Part shown: in pieces, positions 24,301 to 35,247 of the stretch
Numbering within the stretch: the stretch's first letter is position 1
Layout: each line of letters begins with the position of its first letter
Made by a program: the position numbers and the translations under genes
Origin: Takakia lepidozioides
Lineage: Eukaryota; Plantae; Bryophyta
Assembly: GCA_030704615.1 (NCBI GenBank)
Contig: CM060732.1
Span: 27,156,001 to 27,220,000, forward strand
Reading direction: 5' to 3'
Length of the DNA stretch: 64,000 nt
The notes under the pieces: model-generated
What the model was told of the DNA's origin: nothing
What the model saw: the letters and a program-made list of their open reading frames with translations, nothing else
Databases searched by the model: none

Positions 24301-26676
24301 TTATACCTTAATAGGGCGATGAAGACTAGGTACACTAACTGTTGAGCTGTTCACATAGCCTCAGCTCCCGATTGATCAACAGATTCTCAATGTGTTCCCA
24401 GACAAGCAGCGTATCATCTGTCTCGCGACATATGGATGTCTTTTGAGAATTTGCTTTATACAATAGCAAGCCACGCAACACATTACTTGGAGTAAACATT
24501 CCATACTAGCACAGTTAGGCCTCATTTGAGAAATTTGGGTATGTTACGCTACAGTAAACAATAAACACCCGGAAGGGTGTTTGGAAAACTCAATCTTGAG
24601 GAAATGCACTAATTAGTGACAGAAGTTGAAGAATAATGAGTATGATGCTAAACATTCGCTGGAGGTTCACCAGTTGGTAGAGATCGCATACGACTTGCAG
24701 GTGGCAGCTCTTGTAACAAGTCATTCTGTTGATTGACTGGCGGGAGGTCCAGGTGTTTAATGTTGTTGCAAACATGGCCAGGCTCAGCAAACGTCATTCA
24801 TCCAGTGATAATATCATTCATGATTAGACGACACACACCAACTCTAAGTACAAATCGTTTCCTGGCCAGCCCTTTACATACTGGATACACCCCATCCACC
24901 ACCGCCCCTCTGCCACATACTACCCCACTTTTTGCTTTTACTATTAGTGCACACTTCTTTTCTGTCCTCCTCCAAATTATTCACTACATCATCAGCTTCT
25001 TACCGATGAATCTAGGTGTCTCCCTCCCACACACTCAGCTTCCCACTACTAATAACCCCACCTACATGTGTTACTTACTTTGGATTCTCTCTTCAAACCA
25101 ACTGTCCAGGTTCCCTCCAACTTGTAAACACCCTGCAGACTTTTCTTACAGACGTACTGGCCACAATACCCACATTATCAGGCAACTCTTAGGGGATTTG
25201 AGTTCCAAGAACCGATTCAGAAAGGACGCTGGCTGGACACTAGGCTAGTAGCAGGTTCCTTTTCACGCCCAGCTTCTCTGCCAGACTCTACAGCCACCCT
25301 GGATTGTTTGATTGTTTCAAAGTCCATTGGGCCCATACCCTCCTTCCACTGTAATGCAATCCCATAGGTCAACCTTCCCGAAGATATAACCTACAATATG
25401 CATCGGTTTCAATGATCCAACTGTCAGATAATCAAAAGCCATGGGCTCCATGTCGCAATGAAGCACAGCTCATTTCTGCTGGCTACCTTTCAAGTTTGAC
25501 CCCACCCCAAGTCAATCTTTCGTCCTGGCCGCGTCCCATTCGCAATTGCAAGCTTTTCACTCATACGTGTGTCGATCCAACATCCCTGTCGTCACCTCCA
25601 ACACTGCGCACACTCTACTTATCGAAGGAGACGCTGTGGGGCGGGGAAGACCGGATCGAGCCGTCAGCTGAGAACACGGCGCAGAATCGTTGACTACCGG
25701 TAACCGTACTCAGCCGGTCATAAACTCCTGGACCCCGCGCTGCGGGTCCCACCCACCTGCAGTCACCGGTCATTCCCCGCCGCCGCCGGCCGCGCCTCCG
25801 CCACACTTCCCTCCTACCGCCTGTATCCGGTGACTCTACCGGCTGCGTCGCAGGTGCGGCTTCGGCCCGACGTCGGCCCGTGGATGAAAGCGCGCTTCAT
25901 CCACGAGACCGCGGTTGGGTCAAGTCAGGTTGGGTTAGGTTAGGGCAAGAGGTCCAACTTGCAGGGCTCGTCGTTCTCGCTCGGTCAAGGGCCGCCATCA
26001 ATGCACTGTTTCTTTAACGCTCTGTGTCCTTCATTGCTTTGCTTTGCTTTGCTTTGCTTTCCCTCAGGACGAAGTGTTTAAGTGAGGCGTCTTGAATGCT
26101 GGGGAGATACTCATGTCCTTGGAGTCTGCCTTGAATGCACACCGAGACAAGAGTGCTCAGTAAATGGCATTTAATGGCTTGGGATTCACTGCTCACTCAA
26201 GTATTTTCAGTCCTAGATCTGTGCATGGACGTATGGTGGGGCGTGCTGGCCTTCTGCCACAAGCTTAGACGAATGATTTGCAACCAGGTGATTACTCCAT
26301 ACTTATCCCAGTAGGATTCTAAACAAACCTGCTGCGTTTGTGAGGGAACGACGAGCGTTGTTGAAGTAGATCCCACATTTTTACAGTTCCGACAGGTTCG
26401 TCCCCCAAGATGACTTCACTCCGCCTTTCCACGGATAAAGCAGAATGCCCTCTCCAATTCTTACTCAGATTATCCACTGCACTGCAAATAGAAGTGGGAG
26501 CCGTCATAAACACCAGGTCTTATTTGTCCTGTTTAGAATTTTTGTTGACGTTGCTCTTCATTTCCAAACAGAGAGAAGGATACACTACTGTGCAGCAAGA
26601 GACACTGGAATCCATAAGAGAGGGAAAAAAAATTACGATACAATCCATCAGACCGCATACCACATGCGCAACAGAT

Positions 26677-29600
26677 TCAATCCCCAGCTCCAGAATGCAG
26701 AACTGGAGCTACCCATGTGCATATGACAATTAAATGAATGAAGTGCTCTGGCCCAGACAAGTTTCTTGCCACCCACTGCAAGGGCAAATCAAGACTGGCT
26801 TCTATCCCCTGAATCCGAATGATTCCTTTGAAATCATCTAACCCTGCTGCCCCTGTGGTGCCCAAAACTCCTGCCATCTCACTGGTGGCCACATCAGAAA
26901 CTGCCTTTCCAAGATCAGGATATGTCAGACATCCTGGAGTCTCTTCGACTTCAATATCGTGTGGCTGAGCCCGGGAATCTTCCTCCTGAGACTCCTGTTG
27001 CGGATTTGGTGATATTTGAAGCTCTGGCATATCAACCTGCACCTGTGTCCTATTATCAAATGAAGGGGATGAAGGGTTGCTAGTTTCAAACGTTTCCTTG
27101 GGTCCTATGGTACTTTCATCACTTGAGGCTTCCGTTCCTTCTGCTTTCAAGTCCGGCGGTGATCTACCTAGTTGAGAAGGATAAGTTTCACAGCTTTTAC
27201 TATCAATCGTAGGTGCCTTGTAAGCTGCATCCCCAATTGCTGCCAATGGAGGAGAGAAGAGGTGTGGCACTGCCTTCAGCAAAGCGTCTCTCAACGTGAG
27301 CATAGTACCTGAAGAGACCATAAACATCCATTATAATATTTTTCATTGTTGTACTCTCAGAGTTGGTTTCTCTAAGCCAAATGTTGTACCTCCAAACATA
27401 CAATGGAGAATGTCATAACCTCCTCATCTTACAGATAGAGAACAAAACAAAAGCAGACCATCTTGGAAACTAAAGTCTTGGAAACTAGTACTCTTCTCGC
27501 AAGAACAGTTAACAACTTGAAAGCCATCCAAGTACTGAACTTAAGAGTAGCCCAGTTGCAATGGTACCTTCCTCTTTGGGAACATCAACTGGCCGAGTCA
27601 TATATCCCACCTCATCCCAACTTGCCACATGTGGCAAATCAAAAAACTCATCGAAATCCTGCTCTACTGTTCTTACATACACCCGCATAGGTATCCTTCC
27701 TGGCTTTCCACCTTCACTTCCTGCATGTTGCCATCTCCATTTGAACACGTCATTTGCATGCTGTATAAACCGTCGGTCATCTTTTCAGACTCAAATTGTC
27801 AGCTATTCTACGAAGACACTCAAGTTGCATGATAATGAGCATGGATGTAAGAACTAGGGAAGACCTCACCTTCACAACAAGCTGCCAAGTAAATGAGCGT
27901 GACACAATGTGCTGTCTCGGGCAACTTGGAAAAATAAGCAGATTCTCATAATCACGTGTGGCTCTCCATTACTGTAAGAACCACGAGTAGATCCCAAACA
28001 AAACTGCGCAGCGGGAATAGCAAAATGCAACACAGCCATGGCCATGTGAACAGCCAACATTTGAGGCACAGGACAGGAAAGCTCCTGCTCACACATAGTA
28101 GTAGAGTGCAGGGCTTGTTCTACCCTTTACCTGCTCTGCTTGACAGGGCACTGGAGTCACCTTCCCCTGTGCTCCGCTTCTGTGCATATCCCCAACCGCC
28201 AGTTCCTCCTAGAGAGCCCCCACCAAAGCCAAACGCAGGTCTCAAGCGTGCTGAAATTCGGTCATAGCCTTCAAGATCACCTGTAATGCACCAATTATTG
28301 AAAGCCAAGTATACCAGCATCTTCCACCTGATTTCGCAACTGAGAGCAATCAGGAACTAACAACTAATACCTTGACTGTGCCACTTCATAAAGACTTCTA
28401 ATGACATTGAAAGAACATACACAGGCAATGCATAAGACGAACTCTGCCAAGAGTTGCATGGTGTAACATAATTTGTTTCATTCAAGCCTGGCACACCAAT
28501 GAGCCTAAGTACCTTTCACCACACAGCGCCATAGCTCCGACTGATCCGACTGTGACATGTTCATCACACTTTTTGTGCTGCCATACATCACATACGATGC
28601 CTGCCACCCGCTGTTCCCATTTCAAAATGCAGTTCTTAGATTCCTACAGATGGTAGGAGAACAAACAGTTTAATTTGTATGAGAGGTATCCGTCGACAAC
28701 CCATCAATGGAGGAGTGGAACAATGATATCTTTTTAAGAACGAACCTTGACTTTGGAAACTTGTTCTTTTCAATCAATAGCTTGTGCTCTCTGAACATTA
28801 AATGAATACTTCCTATCTTTACCAAAAAACATCACTAATCATTTGCATGTATGCGTGTCACAGGCGTGTGGTAATAAAGTGGCTAGATTGGTTAGATTAG
28901 AGGGTCGTGAAGATAAACAACAGAGGGTGAGAGATTGAGGTATCACCTCTTTAAGAGTATTGATGAAATTCCATTTGACTGCCTCGTCCTCACAGAGAGT
29001 CAAAACATCTGATGGAAATGCTCGGAAGTGTACCTGCTATGACAAGAGAAGCACCATTGGTGTCTGTCTTCCAGTCTGCCTCTCTTTCAACACCCCCCCC
29101 CCCCCCCCCCCTTCTTTGTCGACTCTGATACCCTATAACTGAAGCTCTATAATAATACCAGGCCAGAACCTACCAGGCAGAAATGAATGTTGATCTATAC
29201 CACAAAACACATACCGTTAGGTTCCATGGCCGCTCAGGTTCCACACACAACAAATCAAACAACACACCTGTTGGAATGTGCCTGCCACCCATGAACCCCA
29301 GTTTTTCCAGCACCGCCACACCTTCAGACATAGATGAGAGAGAAGGGAATTTGACCGATCCCTGCCAGAGTTGTCTATGGGATACCAATGAGGAGACACC
29401 CTCCACGGGATACTAACCTTCCTGGAGCCCCACTGTTTTAGCGTATATGAATCCACCAAAACATACCACAGCATTGACACACAACCAACCTATCCAGTTA
29501 CAGGGCTTGGCCTATCTAATGTGCAAGAGAACTTTTAGCAAAATGAGGTTGCCTCCACTCATGCTCTAGCCCCTAGCTCAGACAAGGCAAATGTGGCCAA

Positions 29601-31854
29601 AAGAGTACCCAAAAGAGAGAAGTGAGCGTATTGATGCACAATGAAAGAAGAGACTAACAAATACCATTTGAGAGGCAAGCCTCGATAATCAAACCAGATA
29701 GTATCAGAACCAGGAGGCAGCACAGCCTTAAAATGGGGGCGGATGGCATCGACGAGCAGCGGCAGGTAGCCATTCCTTGGAGCCATAATCTGCAGTCCAC
29801 CACACGCACATAAGGGGTAGCTTAACCTATGGCAGGTACCTTAGCTTGGTCGTAATCCTACTGTCACAGAAACCACCTGCTCTGATAAGTAGGAAGGTAT
29901 GTATAACACAGGCATGTCCCTCGTAATATCAAAAGGTAAATTTACCAGCCTAAATCTCACCTTTAACACTGTGTGATAATGATCGTGAATTGAAGGAAGT
30001 TACCTCATAGTTTGATGACCAACACAGATATAGTAACTTCCCTGCAAGTGTGAAAGGTCCACAAAGTACTATCTTCAAACTGAGCTTATACAAGATTTCC
30101 ATGCCCAAGCAGGTATATTAGAAGATGGTACGGATACCAATATCTTGTCCAAAAAATCTGAAAACATAGGAGATGGTGCCAACATCATGGCTCATGGCTC
30201 ATGTCTATATGGAATTTGGACAGAATCAGCTTAACCACTTAGGAAGTTCGAATATATTATCGAACTTCCTTTCTTGCTCATTAAAAAGTTATAAGATCCC
30301 AATACCTAGGGCAAAATGCCGTGAAATTTTAGGTGAAGGTAGGGGATGTAGTTAGGAGCATGATTCAAGGCTCAAATTTTACCGATCTTGACGATTTTTC
30401 AGTTATGGGCAAAAGTTGGCGAGAGGTGCACATTTTGCATCCCAGGGTGAGAAACGTTTCAGTCCTTGAGAAAACCTATCACTTAAATCTAGACATGTAA
30501 TCAGCTGTTTGGAAACAGGCCTCAAGTCTTCAGCCATGGTGGATGACTTAAGAAATTGACGAGGTGTAGTTGTTTGATTTATCGGGAATCTCAAAATTTC
30601 CAGCATATCCTGAGCACTGCCTTGGAAGGGGAGACAATCACTGCAAGGTCATATTATTCAGGGACCACCTGAGTGGACGTGGGCCAGTAGAACCTTTAGG
30701 ATGGATATACTGAGAGAAAAGATGCTGAGGAAGCCCACCAGATAATTTTAGCATTGGTTCTGCTGTCCAATTTGGTCCAAATTACTACGATTTGTTCATT
30801 GGCGATGACAGGTTGTAGGTGGCATATAAGTGACAGAGAGAGAGAGAGAGAGAGAATGTGCTCATAAGACGACGTTTCCGTAGCCTTGTGGCCCTTGACC
30901 CCGCGCCCAGTTTGAGCGGAACACAAAGGGACAGAAATACCTTTGTCAGGGGCTGACACCGGCAGTATGACTTACCTTGAAGCAGACAAGTGATCCGAGT
31001 TTCCAGATATCCTCTAGAAATACCTTCACACAAACATCAATCTGCTATGTGTGTCTTCAGGCTGCTCACACATCAGGCATTGAAAATCTCCATTTCATCT
31101 CTGCATCAGTTTATTGTTCAAAGGTAGAATCTCTGCCCTGACATTAAAGACTGTACTCATGAGACGTTTTCCGTAGCCTTGTGGCCATAGACCCATGCCC
31201 AGTTTGGACGGAAACATAGGGAATAGACACTACCTTCATGAGGGGCTCACTCCAGTAGTGTGAGTACCTTGATATACGCAATCAGTTCAGGGTCATAGCC
31301 CTTCACACAAGCATCAATCTGCTGTGTGTGAGCAGCTCAAAAGTTAGGCCGCAACAGGGCCAGGACCTTAGGCTCAGCCTCCAGATTTTGAAAGTTGGGT
31401 TGTGGTGATGGAGTGTTGTTCTTGCTTATGCCCCCTTCATTCATTCTCTGAAGATCACAAAATTTCTCAACCCTAACCATATGTTGGTCAAATGATGTAA
31501 AGAAATTCAACCAGCAAATTGGAAGCGGATCATGTCAATAGAAGTAGCATCCGGTTTACATGATAAGTAATCTGGCCCTGAAATGGCTTGATGCAGCTGC
31601 TTGCGAGTAAGGAACAGAGAAGGAAAAAGAAATGAGAGGGCCACATGGATTAGTTTCTGTGGGATGATAAGAAGAAGAAGGGAGTTGGGGTGGGGAGAAA
31701 AAGACAACTGATGCGACCAAAAGCGACTAAAGAATTGGAAAATAAATACCAGAAAGGGAGATGGGCCAGGTAGCGTGGTGACTTCCGAAGGGTGGAGATC
31801 CAGGTGCAAGGGTATCGCACCCATCCACACATGCTTTCGCGCCTCCACTGCCAT
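26677..31854 (-). CDS. ATG5: Autophagy protein 5
   Basis: Eight GT-AG exons in frame: 31854-31750, 29789-29665, 29281-29215, 29033-28947, 28600-28513, 28280-28131, 27720-27568, 27308-26677. Motifs [58 protein letters not shown] (conjugation Lys), IQGIEASLDLPLQWVARNLSGPEHFIH. Confidence 0.95.
30857..31330 (-). repeat. Two diverged tandem copies (~30857-31053 and ~31152-31330) of a ~190-bp module in ATG5 intron 1
   Basis: Shared blocks on the + strand: ctcat..gacgtt(t)tccgtagccttgtggcc, gcccagtttg..cggaa, aggggct, taccttga, ccttcacacaa.catcaatctgct.tgtgtg. Confidence 0.9.
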
Positions 31855-32603
31855 TGCAACATCGTCTTCTCCTCTCCTCTCTCTCTCCTTCTTTCTCTCC
31901 CTCACCATTCCCTCCGATCTGGTGGTTCCCCTATCTCAACAACAACAACACCTACTCCCACTGGAAAAATCCTTCTCTCCTTCTCTCGTTTGCTCACATA
32001 TATGCACTGGATGCGCCCAATTCTCTTCGTCAAAACAACTGGCAACTTTGCTCTGCTGCAGATTGCTTGAAGAGAGCAAGAAAGAGGAGTGTTAACCCAG
32101 CACTATTTTAGGGTCCCACACATTTTAAAAATCCGTTCGTTCACTCACTTCCTTCGGTTCAAAGATGTATTCGTTCGTTCTTTGTCAGCGTCACCGTCAC
32201 TGGGTGACCGGTCACCTCTGCAGCACAGTTCACGCCATGGCCATCATGAATTGGGTGGGCCAAACTTCGAAAATCTGAAGAATTTTCGAACAGGGAGGCA
32301 CAGATGGGTGGGGCGCTGAGAGCAGGTCTTGCACAGTATGTGGGATGCATTCTGCACAGAACTCATGGGACGAGAGAGATACGAACGTCTAGGTTATTTG
32401 GTGGAGGAAAACGTAGAAGGTGGGATTGCGACCTAAGATTGAAGTCTCCAGATTCCTGGGAGACCAAGTCCAGTACTTATAATCGTGCAATAGAGTCTGG
32501 GTGCAGGGAGAGAAATGGGTCTGTTGTTCTACTCTTTAAAGCAGTAGAAGGATGCAAAATGCTAACATGTTACCCAGGAGTTTGTTCCTATTCCTCTTGG
32601 CAG

Positions 32604-34477
32604 ATGATGTCTTACCGTCATGAGCCATCTAGTGCGTCTGGGGAAGTGGAAAAAGTGGAGAACAATGCTAGCGACGAGGGGATGGTGGTCGGATTGGCTC
32701 TCGAGGATGCAGAAAGGAGGTGAACAATAGAATATTCTCCTGAAGTTTTGTAGATTCAAAATCTCAAAAAATCGGTTTTCAGACACTCTATTTCAGATTA
32801 CGCAATTCTCTATTTGTAGATGCAGTGTGAAGTTCATGAATGGGAAGTAGGGTCAAAAGCCATTTGTCAAGACGTTTTCTGAGCTTTCGATTTGGTGTGA
32901 AGGTAGGGAATGAAAATTGAGTTCGCAGTTTTCTAGGCTCTCACGTATATATATTTATATGTATATTCTTATCCTTTTAGGACATTCCATGTTTGTCTTT
33001 CCAGACCTCTTTCAAAATCAGCTTTGAAACATGAATTGAAGAGGAAGAGGCACATGGAGAATAAGTTCCAAAGAAAAGCTCTGGAGAAGGAGAGGAAACT
33101 GCAGCAATTTGTAAAGAAGCAACAAGAGTGGCAATTCAAGCTTGCCAATCTTTCTGAGAAAGAATTGGAGGCAATCAGACAGACTGTCAGGGAGGCTTCA
33201 AATGCCCACAAGGAGGCACGGAATGTCCGGAGACACAAGCTCCAGGAGGCTATGCAGTCGGGCCAGAGAAGTATCGTGATAGATATGGAGTTCTGTGAAT
33301 TGATGGCATCCAAGCAGCTCAACAGCTTGATGCAACAAGTACGAAACTAGGAAAGAGTTTGGTGTAAATTGGGGGAGAGGATGGGGAGGTAAGGAAAATG
33401 GCAGAACTTTTCTATTCCAGAATCTTTGTGTATGATAGATTGGGTGTGTGAGCTAGTGAGTGAGAGGAGTGACATAGGTATGAAATCCAGAGTCAAAGTA
33501 TAGAGCACTTCCCTCTACCTAACAGAGATGCTTACACATAGACGGCAATTGCATGGTCATTCACACTCTAGCGGCCAGCCCAAGGAGGGACACAGGCCCC
33601 CACACACACAGCCAACCTCAAAAGTGGTCGCCTTTTAAACTGACAAATTAATAGCACTGCAACAGGTGAAATTGTCATATGGGGCAAATGCAAGAGCAGC
33701 CTCGCCATGCCACCTCTGGCTAACGGGCTGCACAGGCGTTATTCAGAAGAAACTTGACGAGGTTTCAGGGTCCAATCAATGGCTACTTAGCAAGGAAGTG
33801 GGATGCTGGTGGGAGGTGTTTGCCGCAAGAAAGACGGACCTTGTGTACTTAACACCAGATTCAGAAAATTTGCTAAGCACGATGGATCCAACCAAGATCT
33901 ACATAGTGGGTGGGTTGGTTGATCGAAACCAGTGGAGAAGAGCATCCCTGGAAAAAGCTGAGATGCATGGAATTGCTCATATGAAGCTCCCAATTGGAGA
34001 ACATTTGAAGATGTTAACTTCCCAGGTACGAATTTCTGTCTTCCCTCTGATCTTTCAAGTAAATGCCAATGTTGTGAAAAAGTTGCCAAGTTTGACAGCC
34101 TTTGGGAGCTGTTTGTTGGCAATTACTGGTACCTGTGAGCTTTCCCCCTCCCACTTCACGCAATGCCCTTCTTGCAGGTGCTGACAGTAAACCAGGTCGT
34201 CGAAATCCTCTTGCTCTATTCAGAGCTCGGGGAGTGGGGAAAGGCTCTTTCAAGGGTGATTCCCCAGAGAAAGAAAGAGGCTGAGGCTGGTCACTTTAAG
34301 ATCAATAGTGAGCAGAGCAATTTGCTGGAGAACATGGGGCCTATAGCTAGCAAGTCCTCAGCCCACGAATGCAGTAATATAGAAGCTCCACAGGGCAAGG
34401 ACTTCACCTCTACACAAGGGTTGAGCAAAAGTGAGCATCCAGGCAAACCAGCTTGGAGTGAGCTTGACGGAAGCTGA
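32604..34477 (+). CDS. TRM10: tRNA (guanine(9)-N1)-methyltransferase, TRM10 family
   Basis: Exons 32604-32719, 33005-33338, 33666-34025, 34178-34477. Motifs IVIDMEFCELM, SLMQQVKLSYGAN, LVYLTPDSEN, IYIVGGLVDRN, KLPIGEHL, VLTVNQVVEILL, W..AL..VIPQRK. Confidence 0.92.
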
Positions 34478-35247
34478 AGTTCATTCTTCAATTCAGCAAA
34501 CTATTTTAAATAGTCCCTTTTGCTATTGCTCATATCAACCTCCAGGGTTTAGAAAGAGCAGGAGTAGTATCAAGGTCGCCCTGCCCTGCTCTGAATAGGG
34601 TTGCTGCAATGGTGGCTTCGCCATGGACGTGATGTCAGAAATGTCATCAGCTGTGAAGCGGTGTTGCACTGTTCTGGGCACTATATGTCCACCACCAATC
34701 TCAGCAACCAGTCCTCAGCTTGAGAAGTTGTGCGGCCCCAACACCCTGCAGGACCCAGCCCTTGAAAGTGGGTGAAGTGGAGCCCCTTAAGGGTTGGATG
34801 TCGTCTCTGTGCTTTCACTCCAGTGCTTATCTTTGGGAAGCTTTGAGAATCACCTGTATTGACGTTTCAAGTCATCTTAGGATACCCTTATGCAGTTGCA
34901 GTTTAAGACCTTGAAGAAATTTCCTGGAATTTCTTTGGGACCCAGAATGGACACCTTCACTATTGGACTTTGATGAAGGTTTGCAGAGACTCCTACTTTG
35001 GCTTGATAACAGCCCATGTCACACCAGGTAGTGATAAAGGAAAAGGATCTAACCTGCTGGTATGTTGAAGTAAGCACATGGCACCAGCAGAACACCAAGG
35101 ATATCATATATGCTTTGACAGTGGCTTGCTGCAAATCTCAACCCCAACTTAAGAGTGGGGGCACTCTTAAACTTGTGGGCACTCTACCCTTAGTAGCCTG
35201 CTGCCTTGCAAATATGGATCGAGTTGGCCACCTGCAAGTTCAAGGAG

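Noticed and set aside
24700-25420. Possible decayed gypsy gag on the minus strand (GPMDFE.., CGYCGQ)
   Set aside because: Only two short motifs among multiple stops; insufficient.
30940-31260. RNase MRP, U1 snRNA or TPP riboswitch identity for the intronic duplicate
   Set aside because: The GGGGCT(C/G)AC and ACTTACCT resemblances lack the partner motifs (GAAAGTCCCC, Sm site, CTGAGA core); ACTTACCT is simply a donor site on the minus strand.
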